Positions 38,704 through 48,770 of a stretch of DNA of 64,000 nucleotides are shown here, in pieces. The DNA lies in the IMG/VR virus record IMGVR_UViG_3300044959_000303, positions 32,001 to 96,000 of that record, one strand, 5' to 3'. The notes below the pieces were generated by a model that was given only the letters and a program-made list of their open reading frames with translations, made no database searches and was not told the origin of the DNA. The position numbers and the translations under genes are program-made. How positions within the stretch are numbered: the stretch's first letter is position 1; each line of letters opens with the position of its first letter. The stretch is from a virus.

Positions 38704-39354
38704 TTAGCCATCCGAATCACCGACATCCGAATCACCGGCATCCGAATCACCGACATCCGAATCACCGACATCCGAATCACCGACATCCGAATCACCGACA
38801 TCCGAATCACCGACATCCGAATCACCGGCACCCGGTTCATCAGCAACCGGTTCATCAGCAACCGGTTCATCAGCAACCGGTTCATCAGCACCCGGTTTAT
38901 CAGCAACCGGTTCATCAGCACCCGGTTCATCAGCAACCGGTTCATCAGCACCCGGTTTATCAGCAACCGGTTCATCAGCACCCGGTTCATCAGCAACCGG
39001 TTCATCAGCACCCGGTTCATCAGCAACCGGTTCATCAGCACCCGGTTCATCAGCACCCGGTTCATCAGCAACCGGTTCATCAGCACCCGGTTCATCAGCA
39101 ACCGGTTCATCAGCACCCGGTTCATCAGCAACCGGATCGATTGGATCATCCACTCTCATGAAGTAGTTAGGTTGTTCACTATCATTATATTCATCGACAT
39201 AACAAATGGATTTTCCTCTGTCACTTTCATCATCGCAAACAAAAGTTTCCCGAACGCTGGAAACTCTTCTGTTTTCTGCGTTGACATCAGATGAATAAGA
39301 AAACACAGTCAAAAGAAGACCACTGACAATAAACATTGGTACTTTTTTCATCAC
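38704..39354 (-). CDS. exported highly acidic pentapeptide-repeat protein
   Basis: Signal peptide (..SSDVNA), C-x10-C-YVDEYND, then 20 x P(V/G)AD(E/K) and 8 x GDSD(V/A/G); GG-rich RBS upstream of GTG. Confidence 0.8.
   Translation of the reverse strand: MMKKVPMFIVSGLLLTVFSYSSDVNAENRRVSSVRETFVCDDESDRGKSICYVDEYNDSEQPNYFMRVDDPIDPVADEPGADEPVADEPGADEPVADEPGADEPGADEPVADEPGADEPVADEPGADEPVADKPGADEPVADEPGADEPVADKPGADEPVADEPVADEPVADEPGAGDSDVGDSDVGDSDVGDSDVGDSDVGDSDAGDSDVGDSDG
38707..39135. repeat. two adjacent 15-bp tandem arrays (coding)
   Basis: catccgaatcaccga-type x8 and ccggttcatcagcaa/c-type x20. Confidence 0.95.
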
Positions 39355-39402
39355 CTTGCCCCTTTCCTTTGGTCTTGTTCGAATTCATTGCTGAATTCGA
39401 GA

Positions 39403-40440
39403 TCATATTAAATCCAAAAAACAGACTTTGTCAACAAAATTTTTCGACCTTTTTTTCGAATTTCTTCGTATATCTTCGTTTACCATCATTCGAACAAGTT
39501 CGTCGAAAGAAACTTTTGGCGACCAACCAAGTTTTTCTTTGGCTTTCTTCGGATTGCCTCTCAGATATGGTACTTCCGCGGGACGCATATGAAGAGGATT
39601 GATTTTGACATAGGAAACATAATCTTCCCGGCGTTTTGTCAAACCGGAAAACAAAAAGGCTTTTTCCAGAAATTCACGTAAACTGTGAGACTCTCCGGTC
39701 GCAATAACGTAATCTTCCGGTGTCGATTGCTGTAACATCAACCACATTGCTTCGACAAAATCCCCCGCATATCCCCAATCTCGATAAACATCGAGATTTC
39801 CAAGTTCGATGAATTTCTGTTCTCCAGAAATTATTCTTGCAATTCCGTTTGTGATTTTTCTCGTGACAAATTCTTTTCCTCGAAGTGGAGATTCATGATT
39901 CATGAGTATTCCGGAACAGGCGAAAATACCATAAGATTCCCTGTAGTTCACCGTTATCCAATGAGCTGCCAGCTTCGAAACTCCATATGGCGAACGGGGA
40001 TGAAAAGGAGTATTTTCGTCTTGAGTCTTGTTACTGTTCAGAGAAATACCGAACATTTCCGATGTGGATGCCTGATAGAATCTGCTTTTCGGACTATTGG
40101 AAATTATCGCTTCCAGAATGTTCAATGCTCCCATGAAATTCGTTTCCAAAGTATACTTTGGATTTTCCCACGATATTCCGACAAAGGATTGTGCAGCCAG
40201 ATTGTAAACTTCATTTGGTTTGATCTGTTTCATGATTTTCATGATGGAAATTTCGTCGGTAACATCACCAACAAGATATTCGATTTCGTTTGTTATACCG
40301 AAATAATCCAGATTTTCGAAATTCGGGTTACTTTTTCTTCTTACCAGACCGTAAATTCTGTAATCTTTTTCCAGAAGAAATTTCGAAAGATAAGCGCCAT
40401 CCTGACCAAGAATTCCGGTAATGAAAGCTGTTCTTTTCAC
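39403..40440 (-). CDS. gmd: GDP-mannose 4,6-dehydratase
   Basis: ITGILGQDGAYL, YNLAAQSFV, YQASTSEMFG, PRSPYGVSK, NHESPLRG.EFVTRKIT, LGNLD..RDWGYA. Confidence 0.95.
   Translation of the reverse strand: MKRTAFITGILGQDGAYLSKFLLEKDYRIYGLVRRKSNPNFENLDYFGITNEIEYLVGDVTDEISIMKIMKQIKPNEVYNLAAQSFVGISWENPKYTLETNFMGALNILEAIISNSPKSRFYQASTSEMFGISLNSNKTQDENTPFHPRSPYGVSKLAAHWITVNYRESYGIFACSGILMNHESPLRGKEFVTRKITNGIARIISGEQKFIELGNLDVYRDWGYAGDFVEAMWLMLQQSTPEDYVIATGESHSLREFLEKAFLFSGLTKRREDYVSYVKINPLHMRPAEVPYLRGNPKKAKEKLGWSPKVSFDELVRMMVNEDIRRNSKKRSKNFVDKVCFLDLI
39405..39434 (-). promoter_or_regulatory. possible sigma70-type promoter for 38704..39354
   Basis: TTGACA-18 nt-TAATAT within the end of gmd. Confidence 0.45.
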
Positions 40441-40509
40441 TTTTTTTCCCCCGAGATACCGAAAAACATTATAGTGAACGAAAATTGAAAATTCAATTTT
40501 CGCAAAAAA

Positions 40510-40908
40510 TCATCTTACAAGAAGAATCTTGTTTATGATTCCCAAAGAACTCCACTCTTCTCTGGGAGGAACGACGGACAGATTGCTTCTGTCGAATTTT
40601 GCCCGAAACCACAGAAAATTGCCTTCGATATTGAAAATGAACGTATCGGTAATTCCTTCGTTCAAGGGTGCATTGAAAATCAATTCGGGCCGATCGATGT
40701 TCAACCATATCGGAAACCAATCGTCTTCTTTCGGATTTCTTGCCAACGATGCTTCCAGAGTTATTGTTCCTATGTATTTCGAAATTGTTATCTGTACGGT
40801 ATGAATCGGGTTGAAAGCACCGAACCAGGCGTTTCCTTTTCTGGGTTCTCCGACTCCTTCCAGTTGTCCGGTAGTATTTGTCAAAAGTAATTCGATTCTC
40901 GATGTCAT
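40510..40908 (-). CDS. putative virion structural protein
   Basis: HTVQI....YIG.I.LEASL..P..DDWF and GNFLWFRA motifs; CATAAATA at 40937-40944. Confidence 0.65.
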   Translation of the reverse strand: MTSRIELLLTNTTGQLEGVGEPRKGNAWFGAFNPIHTVQITISKYIGTITLEASLARNPKEDDWFPIWLNIDRPELIFNAPLNEGITDTFIFNIEGNFLWFRAKFDRSNLSVVPPREEWSSLGIINKILLVR

Positions 40909-40972
40909 CTGTAATTTTCTTTTCTGAAATCGAAATTATTTATGATACGAAGAAAATTTTTCTGTCCGTTCG

Positions 40973-41005
40973 AAAAAGAAGGAGAGATTCGAAAATCTCT
41001 CCTTC
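40973..41005 (-). terminator. intrinsic terminator after sheath gene
   Basis: gaaggagagatt-cgaa-aatctctccttc with T-run on the minus strand. Confidence 0.8.
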
Positions 41006-41048
41006 CTGAAAAAATGAACTCACTTTCTGTTTTTCACTTTCCGTTTTT

Positions 41049-44000
41049 TCATGTCGATGGTAATGAAACGATGTTCTGCAGATTTTCTCCGGTATTTGTA
41101 ATTCTTATCGGTATGTAGATGAATTCTATGGCTTTTGCCGGTTGAATTGCCACATCGATCCAGAGTTCGTTTCGATCGATTCTTTCCGGAGTATTGTTCG
41201 ACTCGTCGACAACTACCAGAAAATCGAACAACGCTCTCAGACTTACGAGATTCGACAGAAATCTGTCGAAAGCCGATTTGACCTGATCTCTGGTGGTTTT
41301 GTCATTGAATTCGAAAAGAAATGGTTTTGCCAATATTTCGAAATTGTATCTCAGGAAGTTCACCAATCTTGCAACATTGACCCGACTCATTGCAGAATCT
41401 ACGGCATTCAATGTTTTCTGTCCGAATACAACTATGCCTCTTCCGGGAATGAAGGCAATCGGATTGATTCTGTTCTGATAGAGAACATCTCTTTGTCCCT
41501 GATTCAGTGTGACTGGCAGAAATTCGTTTTCATTCGTAATATAACCTACAGTAGATACGTTCGATACCAATCCCCGATTGTAACCTGCGGGAGCAAACCA
41601 AGGAAATGCTACGAGATCATTGTAAGCAATCGTTCGAAGAACAATTCCGCTCGGTGGTATGATGACTTCGTTACCATCGAGATTCGTGGTCAATCCCCAT
41701 GGATAGTACAAACCGATGTTCGGACTCGATATTGTCAGACCTTCTTCGCCTGTTCTGAAGGAATTGTTTGCATTTGTCGCCCATTCTCTTATCGAAGTTC
41801 CGTCCGGTTTCAATCTGCAGGGAGTATCACCGACAATGAAGGCAATTTCTTTTTTGTCAATATTCAGATTTACAAGTTCTTCGAGCACTTCGGGATATCC
41901 CGGACATGCAATCAGATTGAAGTAGACGCTTTCGCTTCTTATATCCTGATTGCTGCTTATCATGCTTTGCAGGCTGGTGACAATGACTTCACGCTGAGCT
42001 TTTCTTCCCATGAACGGTGAACCATCCGGTTTCGATCCCGAAATCGTGACCCATCTTCCCTGATTTCTTTTCGTGATTGTATTTGTCGGAAACGACACCG
42101 ATCCGACAGTGTACTGTACACCCGGGGAAACTTCCTTGTCGACAAATTCTGCAAAGTGATTCGGTCTCCATTCTTTTACATTGAATGTCGATGCACGGGT
42201 ATTGAACAGAAGAATTCCTGCCGGATAGACTCTTGGATCCGGTGCATCCGGATCGACAAAATCGCTGAGAACAAGATCTGCCGAATTCGTGCTTCCCTCT
42301 CTGGTTCCATCATTCGTGTATCTTGCATCTGCGAAAACTATACCAAGAGGAGTTGTCTGATCGGTATTGTCGATTGGTTCCCATGTTCGTGTCGCAGAAC
42401 GATATCTGTATATGCGAGGATAATTTTCGATATCGGAACTGTCTATCCACAAATCGTTTTCCACCAGAGGAGTTCCGTCGCTTTGTGTCAGTGGTTGTGA
42501 GCCTCTTATGATTACGCCATTCGGATCGGTTGTCGGGAAGTAATTTCTGTATCCCCACCATTTGCTTCCGTCGCTCACCATTATGTCGGCTTTCAGATCA
42601 TCGTTGAACCAAAGTCTTTTTTCTTCAGCTTCCGATCTTGGTTCGCTTTCACTGGCTATATAAGAAAGTTCTTCGAAGTTGCTGAATGTCTGACCATCGG
42701 TAAATCCGAGGCTCTGTAATGGATCGTCACTGTTTGTTGTCGAATAATCGATCAATGTTACGGGATCCGTATATGTGAACGTCAGAGTAAATCCTGCCGT
42801 GTTCACGACTCTCAGATAACCACCGGCAACATCCGCGACAACATTCGAAAAACCGGCATTGTTTATGGCAATTGCCAGATCTTCCAAAGATGTGCTCGGA
42901 ATCGTTATCACGTTCACTTCCTGATTTCCAAGTGTATTTCCGGCAACAATTACAAAATTGTCTCCGGGAACGAGTGCCGGAGTCGATACGCCGGGTTGTT
43001 CTGTCGACAATGCGACAACTTCGGTAAATCCATTGTATTTTCTGATCATATGTGATGCAATTGGTCGAGTCGAAGTACCATAGAGATTGTACTGTACATA
43101 CAGTGTTCCCGGTGCGATTCCCGTTCCGAGTTTGTGCAGAGCCTTGTCATCGTCCTCATGGAAAGGAGCATCTTTTATCAACCATGTATCATTCTCTCTG
43201 AATTTGACAACATAATTCGCTCCAGCATTCGGTTTGGTAATTTTTATCCATATGTCTCCGGACACGGAATTTGCAGGAATCTGATAATGTGGTGCATAGA
43301 ACAACCTGTTTCCTCTCGAACTCGAAATCTGCAATGAAGTCAATACGTTGCCCGTATTACCCGGACCATTGGTCAGAAACAGATCTTCGCCTTTGAAATT
43401 CGATATCACCAATCGATTCGTTGTCGTTACTTTTGCACCAAATGTATTCGACAAACCGGCAGAATTGATTGCGGTATTGATTTTGTTGACAACGGTTGTC
43501 AAGGTTGCAATATCTGCGGCCGCAAATGTGACATTCACGGTGTTCGTGCCGTCGCTTATGACCAGCGTATCGTTTGCTATAATTGGATTCAGAAGATAAT
43601 TCGTGGTCGTGACACCGAAAACAGCAGTCGGTGTTGCAGCTTTCCAGATTTCCGAACCGATCAGAAACCAGAAATCTGTCGCATCCGGATCGTATTCTCC
43701 GAATTCGTTCGTCGGTCTTATTTTTTCGAAATACAGATTGTCCGTGTTCGCTGCAACGACTCCCGTATCTCCGACAACGCCCTTGATCAGCGGCAACTGA
43801 GTAATTTGTGTGGTATTCGAAAAACCTAAAGAACCTGCCAAGGTTCCACCAACAACGATATCTTCGCTTGCGGTATTTCTCAGAACGAGCCAGCTTCTTC
43901 CTCGATATCGCAAAATCATGGCCTTTATGTTCGGTATCGATGCGGAATTGATCTTGTCTCTTATCTGTATCAGGGTATCCGTTACAGCTATATTCACGGT

Positions 44001-44600
44001 CGTTCCGTTGACAATCAATGTTCCGGCAAATCCGGGAACGGTTGTGTTCGAAGCAAATCCGACATTACCGACAATGACGGTTTCCGTTTCGGACAGTGAA
44101 GAAGCCACCAGAGGCTCGACTGCATTCCATGCCGTCACCAGATTCGAAGAACCGTTCGACCGAAAAATTCCCCATACCGTGCTCGATGTATCGAACCAAT
44201 AGGTTCCGTTCGGAACATCTCTTGTCGGTTCGAAACTGGAAGGAACCAACTGATCCAGAGGCACAGAAGCTCTCAATATCCAGCAATTGCTTGCGATTCC
44301 CAAGAACTGATAAGCAGCCAACAGGCCATATTCATTCAACTCGTTTGCCGGATCGGAATGAAAAATCGGAACACCGAAAGTATTGATCAGTTCATTCTGG
44401 CTTGTTACGAGCCAAAGATTGTCGATATTGTTCACGGTAGTTCCGGGAGCAATCAACGAAGCATTGGTCGAAGAATTGACCGGAGCATTTTTGTTCTGTG
44501 CAGTTGCTATTATTATCAAAGGTAAAGTGGTGGAACCGCCATTTGTGGCGAGGCTCTGATCTGTTACTGTTACTTGAATACCGGGAGAAACTAGTGCCAT
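41049..44600 (-). CDS. gp18: tail sheath protein, gp18-like, with large insertions
   Basis: MALVSPGIQVTVTD, ELNEYGL, FNLIACPGYPE, FPWFAPAG..RG, RINPI, GQKTL, RVNVARL, NNTPERIDRNELWIDVAIQP.KAIEFIYIP. Confidence 0.95.
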   Translation of the reverse strand: MALVSPGIQVTVTDQSLATNGGSTTLPLIIIATAQNKNAPVNSSTNASLIAPGTTVNNIDNLWLVTSQNELINTFGVPIFHSDPANELNEYGLLAAYQFLGIASNCWILRASVPLDQLVPSSFEPTRDVPNGTYWFDTSSTVWGIFRSNGSSNLVTAWNAVEPLVASSLSETETVIVGNVGFASNTTVPGFAGTLIVNGTTVNIAVTDTLIQIRDKINSASIPNIKAMILRYRGRSWLVLRNTASEDIVVGGTLAGSLGFSNTTQITQLPLIKGVVGDTGVVAANTDNLYFEKIRPTNEFGEYDPDATDFWFLIGSEIWKAATPTAVFGVTTTNYLLNPIIANDTLVISDGTNTVNVTFAAADIATLTTVVNKINTAINSAGLSNTFGAKVTTTNRLVISNFKGEDLFLTNGPGNTGNVLTSLQISSSRGNRLFYAPHYQIPANSVSGDIWIKITKPNAGANYVVKFRENDTWLIKDAPFHEDDDKALHKLGTGIAPGTLYVQYNLYGTSTRPIASHMIRKYNGFTEVVALSTEQPGVSTPALVPGDNFVIVAGNTLGNQEVNVITIPSTSLEDLAIAINNAGFSNVVADVAGGYLRVVNTAGFTLTFTYTDPVTLIDYSTTNSDDPLQSLGFTDGQTFSNFEELSYIASESEPRSEAEEKRLWFNDDLKADIMVSDGSKWWGYRNYFPTTDPNGVIIRGSQPLTQSDGTPLVENDLWIDSSDIENYPRIYRYRSATRTWEPIDNTDQTTPLGIVFADARYTNDGTREGSTNSADLVLSDFVDPDAPDPRVYPAGILLFNTRASTFNVKEWRPNHFAEFVDKEVSPGVQYTVGSVSFPTNTITKRNQGRWVTISGSKPDGSPFMGRKAQREVIVTSLQSMISSNQDIRSESVYFNLIACPGYPEVLEELVNLNIDKKEIAFIVGDTPCRLKPDGTSIREWATNANNSFRTGEEGLTISSPNIGLYYPWGLTTNLDGNEVIIPPSGIVLRTIAYNDLVAFPWFAPAGYNRGLVSNVSTVGYITNENEFLPVTLNQGQRDVLYQNRINPIAFIPGRGIVVFGQKTLNAVDSAMSRVNVARLVNFLRYNFEILAKPFLFEFNDKTTRDQVKSAFDRFLSNLVSLRALFDFLVVVDESNNTPERIDRNELWIDVAIQPAKAIEFIYIPIRITNTGENLQNIVSLPST

Positions 44601-44742
44601 TTTTCATAATTCCTCGTTCTGTTTCGATATTATTTATGGTAAACGAACAAGTTCGAACGTTTTGAATATTTATGATTCTATTTATTTCATACGTATTTTC
44701 AAGATTCGAATTTTTCGGAAATTTTTCGAAATCGCAAAAGAA

Positions 44743-45366
44743 CTACAGATTGAAGAATTTTTCGTGATTTCTGATTGTGTTTTCCAGTTCTTCGAGAGTC
44801 GAGGAAAAATGAATTTCGAGATCGTAATCGAAAGACAACCATTCGAACTCGGTTCGATGAATGTTTTTTTCTTTCATTTTTTCGAGACTTTCCCTGTCAC
44901 CGAAAGCGGCTTTTTTTGCAATATCGAACCACTCCGGTCTGTTTTTCTTCACCAGAATTATTCTGCCATGATTTCTTTTTATCCATTCGTATTCACTTCT
45001 CAGACGCAGATCCGAAATTACAACTTTTTCGAAATTGTTTTTGCGAATTCGATGTTCGATAATGTTGATCCAGAGATTTTCGGAAAATTTTTCCTTGAGT
45101 GTTTCACCAATTATTATCATCGTATCTCTCACCGACAAATCTTTTTCACATATTCGACTCAGAAATTCGTTTCTGTTTTCTTTTTTCTCTCTGTCGGACA
45201 GATGACTGCCGATCATGATGTTTCTGTCCAGATCGAAGATGGAAGACATGATATCCTTGATCGGATCGGAAAAACTCAGAATTTCGAAACCGTAATGTTT
45301 TCGAATGAAATGCGAAGTCCAGTTTTTTCCGCTGCCCTTGAAACCACACAATGCCACAAGTTTCAT
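44743..45366 (-). CDS. deoxynucleoside monophosphate kinase (T4 gp1-like)
   Basis: G.KGSGK, SFSDPIKD, VISDLR..SE, H.TE motifs. Confidence 0.88.
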   Translation of the reverse strand: MKLVALCGFKGSGKNWTSHFIRKHYGFEILSFSDPIKDIMSSIFDLDRNIMIGSHLSDREKKENRNEFLSRICEKDLSVRDTMIIIGETLKEKFSENLWINIIEHRIRKNNFEKVVISDLRLRSEYEWIKRNHGRIILVKKNRPEWFDIAKKAAFGDRESLEKMKEKNIHRTEFEWLSFDYDLEIHFSSTLEELENTIRNHEKFFNL

Positions 45367-45435
45367 TTTTTCTCTCTTTCTCTCTTTTCACGTCTGTTTT
45401 CGAATTTCAGCCGAATTTTTCCCGGAAAAATTCGA

Positions 45436-46239
45436 TCATCCAATGACAAAACCATAACCTTCGGACGGACCGTCCTTGTATCTCATCAACTCTTCTTCGA
45501 GCCTTTGCATTTCTGCAGTTGCTTCGTTTTTCAGACTTTCTCCGTTAAGTGTGACACTTCCTCCCGGAGATGGAATTCCACTGATATAGGATCGTGCTTC
45601 GCCCAACATGTATTTTGCCTGTGCTATTGCATAATCTCTTATCCAGATTCTCGATGAAGGATCCGAAAGAAGAACATTTTCGGGCTTCATCATGTAAACC
45701 CACAACAGAACCGTTTCCACAGTAACGAAATGACGATGAAATGTCAATTTTTTGGTTACCCTGTCGAAATGGAATATCAATTCACGACCAAAAAGTCTTC
45801 CGACAAGTTCCTGATATTGCCATGCAAAATCATAAGTGATCAGATCACCAGAAGTTCCCGAAGCATAAGGTATGGCATATATCGAATTTATGATACCGGC
45901 AGTGAAGGGATCGAAAAAGGTGCCGCCGGGAGTATTTCCGGTCGATCCTCTTCTGTAGACATTTTTCACGATCATGACTTCTTTCGGCAAAGCATATTCG
46001 TTCACATCCGGTTGCAGTTCCAGAAATATGAAAGCTTCCTGTAATGCGTTCGTCGATCTTGTTCTGTATCTGTCCAGTGCGCGATTGATGGCAAGATGAT
46101 AATGTTCCGGATCCAATTCGATATCTATCATTCCTCCACCGAGAGAAAGATATATTTCTTTTTGCAGATTTTCTCTCGCTTCTTTCGAAGAAGGAATATT
46201 CGCCGGTACGAGATAGTTTTCCATATTCGGTATGGACAT
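45436..46239 (-). CDS. neck protein, gp13-like
   Basis: LGGGMIDIELDPEHY, WIRDYAIA.AK.MLGEAR, P.G.VTLNG..LK.EA, terminal FVIG. Confidence 0.85.
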   Translation of the reverse strand: MSIPNMENYLVPANIPSSKEARENLQKEIYLSLGGGMIDIELDPEHYHLAINRALDRYRTRSTNALQEAFIFLELQPDVNEYALPKEVMIVKNVYRRGSTGNTPGGTFFDPFTAGIINSIYAIPYASGTSGDLITYDFAWQYQELVGRLFGRELIFHFDRVTKKLTFHRHFVTVETVLLWVYMMKPENVLLSDPSSRIWIRDYAIAQAKYMLGEARSYISGIPSPGGSVTLNGESLKNEATAEMQRLEEELMRYKDGPSEGYGFVIG

Positions 46240-46385
46240 TTCTTTTCTTCCAGAAAAGTGAATTTCGAAATATATTTATTTCTAACGATATTTCGTGGTA
46301 GAGAATTTTTTTCGGGATTTTTTTTTCGAATAAATAATCGTGAAACACGAAAAAAAAATTCTTTTTTTCACGAAGGCGAAAATAA

Positions 46386-47324
46386 ATGAAAATATTCGAA
46401 ATCGCGGGTCGACGATCTTCTTTTGGAAAAAAATACGAAGAATTCATCGAAGAAATGGCGAAAAACACGAATTCGGAAATTGTGAAATTTCTTTTCGAAA
46501 ATCCACTTTACAGAGCTTTGACACCGGATGAAAACAAATGGACGAAGAATTATGGAATTCTGAGTATAAGAAAAGATCGTAAACCATTGAGTTTCTCACC
46601 GGCCATACAGAAAATTATCGATAATTATCTGAAGAATATGGGTTTTCGGGCTTTGAGATCGAACAGCGTGTTCGTAACGAGACAGAAATCCATATCGGAG
46701 TTCTACAAATCGAATTCCAGAATTCTTGCAGTTGTTTTTCCTCCGAAAAAATTTTTTTTCACATGGAATCGAATTTCCGAAGATCTTTATGCAACTTTTT
46801 TCTACGAGGATTTCATCTTTTTCGATTTCGATGAATTGAGAAAATCGAAAAAAGAAACATTGAAAAAAATTCTGGAAATATTCACGAAAATCATTCCGGA
46901 TGAATTCTATTCGAAAGAAAAAGAAGACATTCTGAAACTGGTCGAAAATCGCAATTGGTCGAGAGCCTTGAATCTTTTCGAAAAAATCATGAAGAAAATT
47001 TTCGATGAAAAGAGAAAAAACAAGGAATTCATTCAAAAATTTTTTCATCTCGTGAACAATTACAAAGATTTCGATTTTGCTTCGGAAGAAGAAATGACGA
47101 GAATTTTCACCGTCGATACGAACAGTCGTCTGGCAAAAGAATTCAGAAACGAAAATTTTCAGGAAGCGGTTCGATCCCGAAAAGAAATCATGATTACAGA
47201 TGATGTATATTTCTACATCGAAGAAAGTTTCTTCGTCGAACACAAAAACAGATTGTGGAAAGATCTGCAAAAGAAATATTCGTCTCTTGAAGAAAAAGAA
47301 TCGAAAAAAACGAACGAAGAATGA
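46386..47324 (+). CDS. putative internal head protein, ADP-ribosyltransferase-like (paralog 1)
   Basis: MKIFE start, PLYRA / R.NSVFVT / KEIMIT motifs; AATAAATA upstream; function inferred. Confidence 0.5.
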   Translation: MKIFEIAGRRSSFGKKYEEFIEEMAKNTNSEIVKFLFENPLYRALTPDENKWTKNYGILSIRKDRKPLSFSPAIQKIIDNYLKNMGFRALRSNSVFVTRQKSISEFYKSNSRILAVVFPPKKFFFTWNRISEDLYATFFYEDFIFFDFDELRKSKKETLKKILEIFTKIIPDEFYSKEKEDILKLVENRNWSRALNLFEKIMKKIFDEKRKNKEFIQKFFHLVNNYKDFDFASEEEMTRIFTVDTNSRLAKEFRNENFQEAVRSRKEIMITDDVYFYIEESFFVEHKNRLWKDLQKKYSSLEEKESKKTNEE

Positions 47325-47336
47325 TTTCGAATCGTT

Positions 47337-48350
47337 TTACGAAATATTGTAGAATTCTTTCAATTTTTCGGTGATGAATTTTCTTTTCGAAAAAAAGAAC
47401 TGTTTGTCGAAATAATAGAAAATATCATTCGTGATCATGATTTCGTTACCGGATTTGACAGCTTCTTCGAAATTTCGATCGGTAAAGGCATTGGTAACTT
47501 CGTTGTTCGGAATTTTCAGAATTTTTTCCAATGAAGATTCCGTAAAATGTTCTTCCATGATTTTCAGAAAATCACCGTAAATTTCGTCCGATACGAGAGA
47601 ACTCGTGCTGAAAATCGTATCGTGAAGTTCTTTCATGATTTTTTCGAGAATTCGGGTTCTTTTTTTCGAATTTTTTTCGAGAAGAAATTTCGACAACAAA
47701 TCATGTATTTTTTCCTGTTCGTCTTCCTCGTTGTCGTGTTCGTCGTATTCGTCGTATTCGTCGTATTCATCTCCAGTCAGATTTTTCATATTGTACTTTT
47801 CGATGAAATCTTCCACGACTTTGTAAGTTTCCTTCGGATACTTTGTCATTTCTTCGTATGAAATGCTCAAAACCTTTTCGATGAGATCGGACATTACAAG
47901 TTTTGGAAAGTAGAAATCTTTTATGTAAGGATTCCACGAAAAGTAAAATTTTCTGGAAGGAAAAATCACCAGAGATTTTCTCTCTTTACCGGAAGTTTTA
48001 CTGAAAAATATGGTGATGAATTTTTCGTCACCGGTCGCGAAAATGCTGTTGAGTCTTCCTGCCCGAATTCCTTTGGAACTCAGAAATTCGTCGAGAATTT
48101 TCGAATAATACAATGGAGTATCGACAGGAGTGCGATTTTTTCTTATGGGTTTGATTCCGAAAAAATTTCCGAATTTGCCTTCACTGTAGGAATCTGCTCT
48201 GTACAAAGGATGTTCCAGAAGAAACATCGTAATTTTGGGATTTGTATTTTTTGCCATTTCTCGAAGAAAATTTTCGAACTCTTTTCGAAAATTCTCCGAA
48301 TTGTCAATGTTTTTCTCTTTTTTCGAAGAAACAATTTCATTGATTTTCAT
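47337..48350 (-). CDS. putative internal head protein, ADP-ribosyltransferase-like (paralog 2)
   Basis: MKINE start, HPLYRA / RLNSIFAT / GNEIMIT; GATAAATA at 48371-48378. Confidence 0.5.
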   Translation of the reverse strand: MKINEIVSSKKEKNIDNSENFRKEFENFLREMAKNTNPKITMFLLEHPLYRADSYSEGKFGNFFGIKPIRKNRTPVDTPLYYSKILDEFLSSKGIRAGRLNSIFATGDEKFITIFFSKTSGKERKSLVIFPSRKFYFSWNPYIKDFYFPKLVMSDLIEKVLSISYEEMTKYPKETYKVVEDFIEKYNMKNLTGDEYDEYDEYDEHDNEEDEQEKIHDLLSKFLLEKNSKKRTRILEKIMKELHDTIFSTSSLVSDEIYGDFLKIMEEHFTESSLEKILKIPNNEVTNAFTDRNFEEAVKSGNEIMITNDIFYYFDKQFFFSKRKFITEKLKEFYNIS

Positions 48351-48506
48351 GATAAAATCTCCTTTTTTTCTATTTATCTGTCGAAATTTTTTTTTTCGAA
48401 AAGCGTGACAAACATGCGATTGTTTTCGCTTCGTTTTCCGGTTTTCGATTTTTTCATGTTCGAAAAAAAATCATTCGATATTTTCGAATTTCGCAAAATA
48501 CGATCG

Positions 48507-48770
48507 TTTCGAATGTCCGCAATCGTAAATTTTCGAAAATCCGAGTTCGCCAGTTATCATTTTTTCCGACCAGCTTTCGATATTGTCGATCAGATGCCCG
48601 TATTTTCGTCGAATACGGAAGAACTCGTGCCGAAAATTTCATTGTGAATTTCTTTCATGATTTTTTTTTTCGAAAATTCGAGTTTTTTTCTTTTCGAATC
48701 TTTTTTCGAAAAAAAGTTCGGCGACAATTCATACGTTTTTTCATGTTCGTTCTTCTTTTCATCATATTCG
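48507..48770 (-). pseudogene. chimeric decayed fragments of the 50098..51198 and 47337..48350 genes
   Basis: 48507-48603 matches 50122-50218 (1 mismatch); about 48603-48770 is a diverged, frameshifted copy of about 47581-47750. Confidence 0.75.

Noticed and set aside
38707-39135. Possible CRISPR array
   Set aside because: Contiguous 15-bp units with no unique spacers, in frame within a signal-peptide gene; no cas genes in the window
38598-39294. Alternative-frame repeat ORFs (HQQPV, ISNRF, LMNRV)
   Set aside because: By-products of a stop-free 15-bp repeat; only the 38704..39354 frame has an RBS and signal peptide
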